Part shown: one piece after another, positions 1 through 9,693 of the stretch
Layout: every line of letters begins with the position of its first letter
Position numbering within the stretch: the first letter of the stretch is position 1
DNA from: Gemmatimonas sp.
GTDB lineage: Bacteria > Gemmatimonadota > Gemmatimonadetes > Gemmatimonadales > Gemmatimonadaceae
DNA: 64,000 nt
Assembly (NCBI GenBank): GCA_031414535.1
Contig: JANNVQ010000055.1
Span: forward strand, 15,592-79,591
Reading direction: 5' to 3'
Position numbers and translations under genes: made by a program
The notes under the pieces: generated by a model
What the model was told of the DNA's origin: nothing
The model's input: only the letters and a program-made list of their open reading frames with translations
Database searches by the model: none

Positions 1-680
1 TTGAGGGTCTCATCGAAGCAGGCGGCACGGCCAAGGCCACGACGGACGTGCAGGCGCAGCTCGCGGCGCTCACGCCACCGGCGGGACTGACCTGGGCGGT
101 GACGGGCGCCGACGTCGAGCAACGGCGCACCACTGAGCAACTCGCGCTGGTGGCGATTCTCTCGGTGGCGCTGGTGTTCCTCGTGCTCGCTGGCGAGTTC
201 GCGTCGTTCACGATTCCGATGGTCGTCATGATCACGGTGCCGCTGACCGCCGCCGGTGGCTTCATCCTGCTCTGGATGACGGGCCAGAGCATCAATGCCG
301 TGTCGCTGATCGGCATCGTGGTGATGATTGGCATGGCCGACAACGAAGCGGTGGTGAAGCTCGACGCCATCCGGCGCTTCCGTGAGGAGGGGCACTCGAT
401 TCACGATGCGGTCTTGCTGGGCGGTCGCCAACGTCTGCGCGCAATCACCATGACTTCACTGACGACGATCTTCGGCGTGCTGCCGCTGATGCTCGGCATC
501 GGTAGCGGTGGCGCGCTGTATCAGCCGCTGGCAGCTGCCGTGATCGGTGGTGCCATCAGCGCGCAGCTCGTGACCTTCTTCTTGCTGCCGGTGGCCTACT
601 CGGAGCTGGAGAAGTGGCAGGAGCGTAAGGCCGCGCGCCACGCCGTGAACGCTCTCGTGGCGCCGGTGACCGACGCGTGA
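1..680 (+). CDS. RND efflux permease (AcrB/CusA family), C-terminal part; 5' end outside the window
   Basis: Frame open from base 3. Contains C-terminal RND TM motifs (LVFLVLAGEFAS..P.VVM.TVPL; GGRQRLRAITMTSLTTIFGVLPL; YQPLAAAVIGG). Confidence 0.9.
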   Translation, partial: EGLIEAGGTAKATTDVQAQLAALTPPAGLTWAVTGADVEQRRTTEQLALVAILSVALVFLVLAGEFASFTIPMVVMITVPLTAAGGFILLWMTGQSINAVSLIGIVVMIGMADNEAVVKLDAIRRFREEGHSIHDAVLLGGRQRLRAITMTSLTTIFGVLPLMLGIGSGGALYQPLAAAVIGGAISAQLVTFFLLPVAYSELEKWQERKAARHAVNALVAPVTDA

Positions 681-3600
681 TTCGCTGGGCGGTGAGCCGG
701 CCGGCCGTGGTCTGGGCGGCGTCCGTGGCCATCGTGCTGGGTGGCGCGGTGTCGTTCACGCGGCTCGCGCTCGCCACTCGTACAACAGTGGAGTTGCCGC
801 GTCTGCAGGTGAGCGCGAGCTGGACGGGAGTGTCCGCCGAGTTGGTGGAGATGTACATCTCCTCGCCGGTTGAGGCCGCAGTGCAGGGCGTGCGCGGGGT
901 GAAGCGCACGAGTTCCACGTCTCGCGACGGCACCTCGTCCATCAACATCGAGTTGGATCCGCAGGCGAACGTGCAGATGACGCGGCTCGCCATTTTGGAG
1001 CGACTCGAGTTGCTGCGTGGCGAGTTTCCGCTCGGCGCTACGCAACCAACCGTCGGCAATCTGGTGCCCGAGCAACTGGAAGAGCCGCCATTGTTGCGCG
1101 TGAACTTGAGCGGCCCGTATACGCCAGGTGCGCTGCAGCGTGTGGCGGATGAAGTACTCACGCCGCGCTTGAGCGCGGTGAACGGCGTCAGCGCCGTGTC
1201 GGTACAAGGCGGCACCGAGTTCGGTGCCAGCGTGGCCTACGATCCCCAGTTGCTGCGCCAAGTCGGCGTGGATCCGCAGACCTTGGCTACAGCGGTGCGT
1301 GAAGCGCGCGTCGTGGCGTCGTTGGGCACGGAGCGGCTTGGCGCGAGTAAGCGCGAAGTGGTGCTGCGCGATCAACCCGATGCGCTCGAGCAGCTCGAGG
1401 AGCTTCCGATTCGCGGACGTGGCGGTCGGGTGTTCAGGTTAGGCGAGCTCGCCGAGGTGCGCCCTGAGGAAGACACGCGTGGGATGTTCTTTCGTGTGAA
1501 CGGCAACACGGCACTGTCCCTCACCGTGACGCGCGAAGCGGGCTCCGATGCCATCAAGACGGCGCGAGCTGTGCGCGAGACGATGCGCGGCATGACGTCG
1601 GAACTTCCGGCGGGCATCAGTTGGCGCGTGACCGCCGATGAGTCCGTGGAGCTGGATCGTCAGCTCAACGATTTGTTTTTGCGCAGCGCGATTGCCTTTG
1701 CCGCCGTGGCACTGGTGCTGCTCATTGCCCTACGAAACGGCCGAGCCGTGTTGCTCGTGATGGGCTCCGCCGCGGTGGCCATCGCTGGCACGGCGCTCGG
1801 ACTCTTCTTGCTCGACATTCCATCCAACATGCTCACGCTGGCCGGTCTCGGGATGGGCATCGGCGTGCTGGTGCAGAACGGCCTCGTGGTCGTCGAGCGC
1901 CTGCGATCAGCGCCTGACACCGAGGAGGGTCGCGCCAGCGTGGCGCAGCGCATGCTGCCCGCCGTACTCGGCTCCACGCTCACAACGGCGGTGGTGCTGT
2001 TTCCATTTCTGTATCTGCAAGGCAACGCGCGAGCGGCGTTCTTTCCCTTTGCGGCGGCGTTCACGCTCGCGCTAGCGTGGTCAGTGTTGTCGGCGCTCGT
2101 GATGGTGCCGGCCCTCGCTGGAGGACACGGCCTCAAGGACACGCACTGGCCGCGCGCGCAACGCACGTACGGGTGGATGGTGAAGAAGACGCTGCGTTGG
2201 CGCTGGGTGACGATCCTCCTCACCACGGCGATGATCGGCGGACTGAGCTGGGTGTTCGTGAAGAAGATCCCGCGCTTCTCGTTCAGCGGCTTCGGCGTGC
2301 AGCGCAACACGGTGCAGGTCAGCATCAACTTCCCGCGCGGCTCCGATCCCGCGGGGCTCGATGCCGCGATGCGCGAGATGGAGGCGGTGGTCGTCGGTCG
2401 CGATGGCATCGAGGAGGTGGTGGCGCAGAGCTTCGGCGTATTCGGCGCGGGCATGCGCGTGTCGTTCACGTCCGCCGCCGAAGTGACCGCTATTCCACTC
2501 GAGGTGCAGGAAGCACTGACGGCGCGCGCCGTCTACGTGGGCGGCGCCAGCATCTTCGTGAGCGGCCAAGGCCCGGCGTTCAGCTCCGGCGGTGGCGGCG
2601 GCTCCAGTTCCAACTTCCGCATTCGCGTGCTCGGCTACTCCTACGCAGCCGTGGCGGAGCTCGCGGAGGATATCCGATTGCGCTTGGAGCGCATCACGCG
2701 TGTGCGCAACGCCACCGTCACGAGCGGCAGCTTCTTTGGCGGCGACAAGGCCTTCGCCGTAACGCTTGATCCCGACCGCGACGCGCTCGCGCGCTACGGC
2801 GTGACGGCAGCCGCATTCACGCAGGCGGTGGGCCGTGAAGTGCGCGGACCCGTGGGCGGTCAGCGCTTGGAGATTGGAGGCGAAGAGATCCCCGTCACGG
2901 TCAAAGCCAACGGCGCGCGCGAGCGTACGCTCGATCAGTTGCGCGACGCGCTGGTGCCCACCACGACGGGTACTCCGGCGCGCATCGCCGATCTCTCGCA
3001 GGTTGATGAGCGCGAACAGTTGGCCACGGTCACGCGAGAGGACCAGCAATACCTGCGCGTGGTGGCCTACGAGTTCCGAGGACCCAATCGCCTGGCCCAG
3101 CGCACGCACACGGCGTTCATGAACAGCATCAGCGTGCCGCCCGGGTTCACGGTTGAAGACCAAGCGCTCTTCCAACAGCGCGAGGATGAGAGCCAAAAGG
3201 GCCTCTGGCTCGTGTTCGCGATTGGCGTCGTGCTCGTGATTCTTAGCGTCGCGATGGTCTTCGACTCCACGTGGGGCGCCGCGATGGTGTTCCTCTCGTT
3301 GCCGGTCGCGCTCGCCGGTGTAGTGGCGGCGTTCTGGGCCGCCGATGCCGCGTTCACGCGCGAGGCCGCCGTGGGCGTGATTCTCGTGGTTGGCCTAGCA
3401 GTGAACCAGAGCATCCTGCTCGTGGACGCCGCGCTCGAACGCCGCAGAAAGTCGAGCGGCAGGCTCTCGGCCGCCCAAGTGTATCGCGCGGCACTGGACC
3501 GCTCGGGGATGATCGTGATGGTCACGCTGACCACCATCGCGTCGCTTATTCCGCTCGCTGTGGGAACGAGCGCGAATACGCTATTTGGCGCTATCGCGCT

Positions 3601-3688
3601 GGCCACAGCTGGTGGTACGGTGGCGGGTACCGTCGGTGCGACGCTGATCTTGCCGGCGTTGCTGGCGAGGTTGCGCCGCCGCGCCTAG
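677..3688 (+). CDS. RND efflux permease (AcrB/CusA/MdtC-like), second subunit
   Basis: 1003 aa with RND topology (LPRLQVSASWTGVSAELVE..ISSPVEAAVQGVRGV; two periplasmic domains; 12-TM pattern). GTG start overlaps the upstream stop (GTGA). Confidence 0.9.
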   Translation: MIRWAVSRPAVVWAASVAIVLGGAVSFTRLALATRTTVELPRLQVSASWTGVSAELVEMYISSPVEAAVQGVRGVKRTSSTSRDGTSSINIELDPQANVQMTRLAILERLELLRGEFPLGATQPTVGNLVPEQLEEPPLLRVNLSGPYTPGALQRVADEVLTPRLSAVNGVSAVSVQGGTEFGASVAYDPQLLRQVGVDPQTLATAVREARVVASLGTERLGASKREVVLRDQPDALEQLEELPIRGRGGRVFRLGELAEVRPEEDTRGMFFRVNGNTALSLTVTREAGSDAIKTARAVRETMRGMTSELPAGISWRVTADESVELDRQLNDLFLRSAIAFAAVALVLLIALRNGRAVLLVMGSAAVAIAGTALGLFLLDIPSNMLTLAGLGMGIGVLVQNGLVVVERLRSAPDTEEGRASVAQRMLPAVLGSTLTTAVVLFPFLYLQGNARAAFFPFAAAFTLALAWSVLSALVMVPALAGGHGLKDTHWPRAQRTYGWMVKKTLRWRWVTILLTTAMIGGLSWVFVKKIPRFSFSGFGVQRNTVQVSINFPRGSDPAGLDAAMREMEAVVVGRDGIEEVVAQSFGVFGAGMRVSFTSAAEVTAIPLEVQEALTARAVYVGGASIFVSGQGPAFSSGGGGGSSSNFRIRVLGYSYAAVAELAEDIRLRLERITRVRNATVTSGSFFGGDKAFAVTLDPDRDALARYGVTAAAFTQAVGREVRGPVGGQRLEIGGEEIPVTVKANGARERTLDQLRDALVPTTTGTPARIADLSQVDEREQLATVTREDQQYLRVVAYEFRGPNRLAQRTHTAFMNSISVPPGFTVEDQALFQQREDESQKGLWLVFAIGVVLVILSVAMVFDSTWGAAMVFLSLPVALAGVVAAFWAADAAFTREAAVGVILVVGLAVNQSILLVDAALERRRKSSGRLSAAQVYRAALDRSGMIVMVTLTTIASLIPLAVGTSANTLFGAIALATAGGTVAGTVGATLILPALLARLRRRA

Positions 3689-3735
3689 CGTTCGGGGTCA
3701 GCAATGCGGCAATCACACTCCAGCCTGACCTGAAC

Positions 3736-4344
3736 ATGCGCGTTCTGCTTCGTTCGCTTTTGCTCGTGTTTGTGCCGGCGGCACTCATCGCCCAGCAGCA
3801 CGATGCCTCGCACCACGCGCCCGCTGCGGCGGCTCCGCATCAAGAGCCCACGCTCGTGATTTTCGTGCGCCACGGCGAGCGCGGCACGACCCCGGCCGAC
3901 GATCCAGAACTCACGCCAGCTGGTCGCGAGCGGGCCCTCGCGCTCGTTCAGGCTGTGCGCGACGCCAAGGTGCAGGTCGTCATCCATACGCCACGCGTTC
4001 GCACTCGCGACACCGCGCTGCCGGTGGCACAGCACTTTGGTCTCACACCCGAGGTTGTGCCGCTCTCCGCTGGCGCCTCACACGTGGAGGCTATGGTTGC
4101 CGCCATTCAGAAGCATCACGGCAAAACCATCGTCGTCGTCGGACATTCCAACACCATCATGCAATACATCGCGGCGCTTGGCGGCCCGCGCCGAGCCGAC
4201 CTCTGCGACCACCAATACAACGGCCTCTACACGCTGGCGCTCATGCACAGCGAGGCCTTCCTGGTCGAGGGTCAGTACGGGGCCGCGAACCCGCCCGCCG
4301 CACCGGGTTGCGCCTCAATGACCGCCCCGACGATGCGCCCGTAG
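3736..4344 (+). CDS. Secreted histidine phosphatase family protein (SixA/PGM-like)
   Basis: Signal peptide MRVLLRSLLL..ALIA, then IFVRHGE (RHG), LTPAGRERA, RTRDTA and VVGHSNT. Start moved to ATG 3736 inside ORF 3271..4344. Confidence 0.85.
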   Translation: MRVLLRSLLLVFVPAALIAQQHDASHHAPAAAAPHQEPTLVIFVRHGERGTTPADDPELTPAGRERALALVQAVRDAKVQVVIHTPRVRTRDTALPVAQHFGLTPEVVPLSAGASHVEAMVAAIQKHHGKTIVVVGHSNTIMQYIAALGGPRRADLCDHQYNGLYTLALMHSEAFLVEGQYGAANPPAAPGCASMTAPTMRP

Positions 4345-4461
4345 CTTCGTCACTGCTTTTCGAGCGTTTTTCCCTCGCAAAACGAGGGTCCTCAAAGTTG
4401 CGGAAGTGTCGGCGGTGGAGCAGATTACCCCTCGTTCGCGCCCCTCTGGAGACCCTCCTCG

Positions 4462-5889
4462 ATGGTTCCGCACGTGACCCGCTTTTTCCTCGCCATTTCC
4501 GCCCTTGCCCTGATGGCAATGCCGGTGGCGGCTCAGCGCCCTGCACTCACGGGCGAAAAGGCCCAGGTCGCCGACGCGGTCAAGGCAGATCTCTCGCGGC
4601 TCTCCGACCTGCAGACGGCGCACCACAACCGCACCCGCGTCTACGCTGCGGATGCTCGCGACCTGAACTTCACGCCCACCTCGGGCGCCACAGTCAACAT
4701 CGCCTACGCGTCCATGAACGCGTGGGCGGCCAACGCCACGCACCCCACGCTGTCGCCGGTGGCCTGTTTCATCATCATCTCCTCGGCGGAGCCCACGGGC
4801 CCAGCCGCGCAGCCGTTCTGTCAGGAGGGTCGCCCTGGTTCTACCACGGTGGCCTCGGGACAGCCCAGCACGGGAGCGGCCACCACGCCGCGTAACGCGC
4901 CCACCGCCTCGCCAAACGCGCCGGCCACCACGCCCAACACGGCACCCTCGACGCAGACGACGCCCGCGCAGCCTTCGCGGTCGGGCACGCCGAGCGTCCC
5001 GGTCACACCCGTCCCGGCGCCGGGCGTTCCGGCAGTAACCACCTCGCCCTCGCAGCCGGCTCGCGACGCACAGCCGACGCGAACTGACGCTCCGGCCCAG
5101 ACCAGCACACCGCGTCCGGAAACAGGTATGTCGCCAGTGCAGCCGGCTCAGCCGCTGCGCCAGCCGGGTGCCATTCAGCAGACGGGCGGCCCCATCATCC
5201 GTCCGCAGCAGCCGAGCGCGCTCCCGTATAGCGACATCCCAGCCAGTGCCCGCGCCGGTACGCGCGACATTGACCCCGCTGGCATGACTGTCCCCAGCGC
5301 AACAGAGAACGTCACGCCGGCGCAGTTCTCGGCCAAGCTCAACGAGTTCGCACAGGGTGCCACCACGCTCCTCGCGCAGATTCCGGCCGATCTCGAGCGG
5401 ATTGTTCGCGATCCCTACGAGAGCACGGCGGAGTTCCAGGCACGTCGCGCCGCGGCCCTCGAGTCAGCGCAGCGCAAGGAACGCGAGTTCTTCCAGCAGA
5501 ACAGCAAGACGTACAACGTGGCCGTGCCGGTGCGCGAAGTGCGGTACGATCCTGATCGCGAGATTTTTGAGTTCACCGTGGATGGCATGGGCCTGCCCAT
5601 CACGCGCGGCGAAGGCACCGCGCCGGGTACGCTCACCTTCACTTGCTACTCGCGTCCCGTTTTCTGGTGCAGCACCGAGGCCGGCATAACGTACGAGGCC
5701 GGCGATATGTGGAAGATTCCGCGCGCCACGGCGCGCCAGTACGACATCCTCCGCACGCCGCTCACGCTGTACGCTCGCTTTGCCGTCGGTCGCCGCAACG
5801 ACGCTTCCGTACTGGCCATCGCGCTGGTCTCGATGGATCTTCAGGCGCGTGGGCAGTCGGTTTCGCGGTGGGACGGCACGTCGCGCTGA
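4462..5889 (+). CDS. Secreted hypothetical protein: pilin-head-like N-domain, long Pro/Thr/Gln linker, unknown C-terminal domain
   Basis: GGAGA upstream of ATG; Sec-type signal peptide (AMPVAA|Q); low-complexity P/T/A/Q region of about 150 aa; high-GC codon usage. Confidence 0.75.
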   Translation: MVPHVTRFFLAISALALMAMPVAAQRPALTGEKAQVADAVKADLSRLSDLQTAHHNRTRVYAADARDLNFTPTSGATVNIAYASMNAWAANATHPTLSPVACFIIISSAEPTGPAAQPFCQEGRPGSTTVASGQPSTGAATTPRNAPTASPNAPATTPNTAPSTQTTPAQPSRSGTPSVPVTPVPAPGVPAVTTSPSQPARDAQPTRTDAPAQTSTPRPETGMSPVQPAQPLRQPGAIQQTGGPIIRPQQPSALPYSDIPASARAGTRDIDPAGMTVPSATENVTPAQFSAKLNEFAQGATTLLAQIPADLERIVRDPYESTAEFQARRAAALESAQRKEREFFQQNSKTYNVAVPVREVRYDPDREIFEFTVDGMGLPITRGEGTAPGTLTFTCYSRPVFWCSTEAGITYEAGDMWKIPRATARQYDILRTPLTLYARFAVGRRNDASVLAIALVSMDLQARGQSVSRWDGTSR

Positions 5890-6869
5890 GCCCGCTCGTC
5901 GGGCTCAACGATTTCCGCGCCGCCGCTGACATTCTTCGCGGCGTCGCCGTTCGCACGCCGCTACTGCCCGACGACGCACTTTCCGAGCGACTCGGCGTAC
6001 CGATTCTATACAAGCCCGAAACCCTCCAGCGCGGTGGAGCCTTCAAGTTCCGCGGCGCCTACACCTACCTCGCGAAGCTCTCGCCCGAAGCGCGCGCACT
6101 CGGCGTGATTACGGCGAGTTCAGGCAATCACGGCCAAGGCGTGGCGTTGGCTGCCAAGATGTTCGGTGTGCGCGCCACGGTCGTCATGCCCACCACCGTG
6201 CCGCGCGCCAAACGCGATGGCGCCGAGCGCTTGGGCGCTCGTTGCTTCTACCATGGCGTGACCACGGCAGAGCGTATTGCGCGCGCCACCGAGATTCAGA
6301 ATGCCGAGGGACTGACCTTCGTGCCGCCGTTCGACGACGACACCATCATCGCGGGGCAGGGCACCTGCGGTTTGGAGATTGTCGAAGACCTTCCGAATGT
6401 CGGGACGGTGCTCGTGCCGATCGGTGGCGGTGGATTGAGTTCTGGCGTGGCCGCAGCGGTGAAGCTGCTCGCGCCCAATGCGAGAGTGATTGGCGTGGAG
6501 CCCGCGGGTTCTCCCAAGTACACGAAGGCCAAGACCGCCGGCGAACCGGTGACCATCCCCGCCAACCCTGACGGCCTCGCCGATGGCCTGCTCGCCGTGC
6601 GCATCGGTGCGCGCAATTTTGAGCATCTTCAGGCATACTTGGATGATGTGGTGACGATACCTGATTCAGTACTGCACTGCGCCATGCAGTACGCGCTCGA
6701 GCGGATGAAGTTGGTGTGCGAGCCCAGTGGTGCCATCACGCTGGCGGCCCTACTTGATGGCACGGTGAAGCCGACCGGCCCCACGGTCGCCGTATTGAGT
6801 GGCGGGAATATTGAATACGACGGCGTCCGCGCTCTCTTAGGTGATGGCGCAATGGGAGGAACCACCTGA
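5868..6869 (+). CDS. PLP-dependent threonine/serine dehydratase (no regulatory domain)
   Basis: KPETLQRGGAFKFRGA (PLP lysine), ASSGNHGQG, VPIGGGGL, CEPSGA, LSGGNI. Start uncertain; GTG 5868 chosen. Confidence 0.9.
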   Translation: MGRHVALSPLVGLNDFRAAADILRGVAVRTPLLPDDALSERLGVPILYKPETLQRGGAFKFRGAYTYLAKLSPEARALGVITASSGNHGQGVALAAKMFGVRATVVMPTTVPRAKRDGAERLGARCFYHGVTTAERIARATEIQNAEGLTFVPPFDDDTIIAGQGTCGLEIVEDLPNVGTVLVPIGGGGLSSGVAAAVKLLAPNARVIGVEPAGSPKYTKAKTAGEPVTIPANPDGLADGLLAVRIGARNFEHLQAYLDDVVTIPDSVLHCAMQYALERMKLVCEPSGAITLAALLDGTVKPTGPTVAVLSGGNIEYDGVRALLGDGAMGGTT

Positions 6870-7894
6870 TGGCAATGCGCTGCCCATCTTGCGGCACCGA
6901 GTACGCTGACGACGCGCGCTTTTGCACCAAGGACGGCACGCGCTTGGGCACGAGCGAAGGTCCTTCGGCACGCGCCACGGCCGTGCGTGCAAACGATGGT
7001 CCGTCGGCGGCGACGCTCGGTGCGCGTCCGGCCGCCACTAGCCATGCGAACATGGCCGGTCAGGTGCTGGATCGCCGCTACGCCATCGTGAAGAAAGTCG
7101 GCGAGGGTGGTATGAGCTATGTGTATCTCGCCCGCGACGTCTCGAGCGATACACGCTACGCCATCAAAATCCTTTCGCCCGCGCTCTCCAAAGACGAAAA
7201 CGCGATGGCCCGCCTGCGTCGTGAAGCGGCGCTCGGTATTCGCCTCGCGCATCCGAACGTCTGCCACATCGTGCGTATGGGCGAGACTGAGGATGGGCTC
7301 TGCTATGTGGTGATGCCCTTCGTGGAAGGCGAGATCCTCTCCGATCGCAATTATCGCGTGGGCAAGACGACGCTGGCCGACACGGGCAAGTTCATCTCGG
7401 AGATCGCCGACGGGCTGCATGTGGCGCATCAATTGGGCATAGTCCATCGTGACCTCAAGCCCGAGAACATCATGATCTGCAAGCGTCCCACGGGTGAGGA
7501 ATACGCCGTGGTGATGGACTTCGGTCTCGCCAAGGAGCGCAAAGCTGGTGGCGAACTCCAGAAGCTCACCGCCACGGGCATCATTCTTGGCACGCCGGAG
7601 TTCATGAGCCCCGAGCAACTGCGTGGAAGGCCGCTCGACCCGCGCACGGACATCTACTCGTTGGCGCTGATGACCTACGAGATGCTGACGTCCAAGCTGC
7701 CGTTCGAAGGTGGCAATCAGCAGGCGATGATGATTGCGCGTCTGCGCGCCGAGCCGATTCCGGCGCGGAGTCGCCTGCCAGAATTGCCGGAGGCGGTGGA
7801 CCGCGTGTTGCTCAAGGGTATGGCTCGCGAAGCGGCCGATCGCTACGTCACGGCACCGGAGTTTGCCGCCGCACTGCGCGCCGCAATCGGGTGA
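6869..7894 (+). CDS. Hanks-type Ser/Thr protein kinase with N-terminal zinc-ribbon
   Basis: CPSCG...FCTKDG; GEGGMSYVY, AIK, HRDLKPEN, DFG, GTPEFMSPEQ, DIYSL. ATG overlaps the upstream TGA. Confidence 0.93.
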   Translation: MAMRCPSCGTEYADDARFCTKDGTRLGTSEGPSARATAVRANDGPSAATLGARPAATSHANMAGQVLDRRYAIVKKVGEGGMSYVYLARDVSSDTRYAIKILSPALSKDENAMARLRREAALGIRLAHPNVCHIVRMGETEDGLCYVVMPFVEGEILSDRNYRVGKTTLADTGKFISEIADGLHVAHQLGIVHRDLKPENIMICKRPTGEEYAVVMDFGLAKERKAGGELQKLTATGIILGTPEFMSPEQLRGRPLDPRTDIYSLALMTYEMLTSKLPFEGGNQQAMMIARLRAEPIPARSRLPELPEAVDRVLLKGMAREAADRYVTAPEFAAALRAAIG

Positions 7895-8766
7895 GCGCCA
7901 GGCTCGCTGCCGCGCTCACAATCCTGCTGGCGGCACCGCTCGCCGCACAACCCGCAGCACGATCGGCAGTTCAGCAACCGCGGTTCGCGCAACCCGGCCG
8001 CGCGGATTCCCTCCTCGCACAAGGCCGGCTCGCCGCGGCGGAGGACGCGCTCTACGCGGCAGCGGATGCCAAGCCGCGTGATCCCGGGTCGCGGGGCGCG
8101 CTCGCGGCGTATCTCGCTTCGCGCGGGCGCTTCACCATCGCGCTGGTGTTGTTCGATGAAGCGCAGCGCTTCGGCGCGGACCCCGGGCGAGTTCAGCTCG
8201 CGCGGGCGTCAATTCTGCCGTACTTGAACGCCGCCGCTGCCGGCCCCGAAGTCAGCGTCCCGCTTACACCAGCACGGCAGCCTCGCACCCTTGGCCTCAT
8301 TCCAGTGCGTGCTGTGCGCGCTGCGCCGGCTACGCAGCTGGCCGCCATTGACCCCAACGTCGCCGGAGTGGTGATGGGGACTGATGCCGCACGGCGGTTC
8401 GAGATTCAACGCGGACGCCCGCTGCCCGAATTGTGGATTGGGGAGCGTCGTGTATTGCGCTTGTCCGTGCGCATCGACTCGACGTATTCGGCCGACGAAA
8501 TTCGGATTGGCCTCGACGTACTCTGGGGATTGCAGCCGCTGTTTGACGAGCGTGCCGGCACGCTCACACTCGGTCGGAGCATTCCCGCTGAGAGCGGCGT
8601 GCCTGAAATTCCTTGGATTCTGACCTTCCCCGGGCTCTTGCTGGTGCCCGACGTTGGCCAAGCTCCTGTACGCATCGAAAGCGCGCGCGGCCGTGCGTTG
8701 CTTCGTGGCGCGCGTTGGCAGATTGACACCCGCGCGGCCACCATCCGCGTCGAACGGCCGCAGTAG
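7891..8766 (+). CDS. Secreted hypothetical protein, TPR-like helices plus degenerate retropepsin-like region
   Basis: Signal peptide; TPR-like amphipathic helices; IGLDVLWGLQPLFDERAGTLTL resembles the retropepsin C-terminal motif. GTGA overlap with the kinase. Confidence 0.65.
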   Translation: MSARLAAALTILLAAPLAAQPAARSAVQQPRFAQPGRADSLLAQGRLAAAEDALYAAADAKPRDPGSRGALAAYLASRGRFTIALVLFDEAQRFGADPGRVQLARASILPYLNAAAAGPEVSVPLTPARQPRTLGLIPVRAVRAAPATQLAAIDPNVAGVVMGTDAARRFEIQRGRPLPELWIGERRVLRLSVRIDSTYSADEIRIGLDVLWGLQPLFDERAGTLTLGRSIPAESGVPEIPWILTFPGLLLVPDVGQAPVRIESARGRALLRGARWQIDTRAATIRVERPQ

Positions 8767-8796
8767 CGCGACCACAGCGCAATCACGCACTCGACT

Positions 8797-9693
8797 ATGC
8801 CGTCAATTCGCGCCCGCCTTGCCAACCTCGCCGCACGGCTTCTCGTGAAGCGTGTGCTCAACAAGCCGACGTTCAGTCTCGCCGAGACGCGTCGTGCGAT
8901 GGGTTCGCGCGGTACGATGCCGGCGTTCCTGCCTCGTGGTTTGCGCGTGGTCGCATCGACCGACGCTGCGCTGCCGGGTGAGTGGCAGCGCCCTGATGGC
9001 GCTGCTCACGATGCGGTGATTCTGTTTCTGCACGGCGGCGGCTACGTGGCTGGCTCTCCCAAGACGCATCGCTCATTCAGTAGCTGGCTGGCGGAGGAGG
9101 CGCAGGTGCCCGCGATGTCGCTGCGTTATCGTCTGGCACCGGAGCATCCGTTTCCCGCTGGGCTGGATGACGCCGTGCTCGCGGCACGGACTTTGGCGAA
9201 GCGGGGTAGTCGCGTTGTGATTGCGGGTGACTCCGCGGGTGCCGGTTTGGCGATTGCCACGGCGCTACGGCTCCGCGACGAGGGCGAGTCATTCGTGCGC
9301 GGACTGGTGCTCATTTGCCCGCTCACGGATCTCACCGAGACCTCGGAGTCACTGCGCTCTAATAAAAACTCTGAGCCTTTGCTCGGCTTGCGGCATCGCG
9401 AGCATGTACTCCGCAGTTATGCCGCAGAGACGGTGCTCACACACCCGTACCTATCACCCGTGTACGCCAATCTCGCGGGCCTGCCTCCGATGATCGTAGA
9501 GGCGAGCCGCATCGAAGTGCTTTGGGATGACGCGCGGCGTTTCGTGGAGGCCGCACAAGCGGCCGGCTGTGAGATTGCGTTTCATCCCCACGATGGCCTC
9601 GCGCACGACTGGCAGCTGATGGTGCCCATCACGCCGGAGTCTGTTGCCAGTACGCGACGGCTCGGCGCCTGGATCGCCGAGCGGATGCGCTAG
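8797..9693 (+). CDS. Alpha/beta hydrolase, HSL-family esterase
   Basis: LFLHGGGY, YRLAPEHPFPA, GDSAG nucleophile motif, C-terminal HDW. Confidence 0.92.
   Translation: MPSIRARLANLAARLLVKRVLNKPTFSLAETRRAMGSRGTMPAFLPRGLRVVASTDAALPGEWQRPDGAAHDAVILFLHGGGYVAGSPKTHRSFSSWLAEEAQVPAMSLRYRLAPEHPFPAGLDDAVLAARTLAKRGSRVVIAGDSAGAGLAIATALRLRDEGESFVRGLVLICPLTDLTETSESLRSNKNSEPLLGLRHREHVLRSYAAETVLTHPYLSPVYANLAGLPPMIVEASRIEVLWDDARRFVEAAQAAGCEIAFHPHDGLAHDWQLMVPITPESVASTRRLGAWIAERMR

Noticed and set aside
3271..3735. Long N-terminal extensions in the ORF track (also 21654, 25964, 38825, 41904, 57808, 61843)
   Set aside because: They overlap neighbouring genes or repeats; downstream starts give proper signal peptides or family N-termini.
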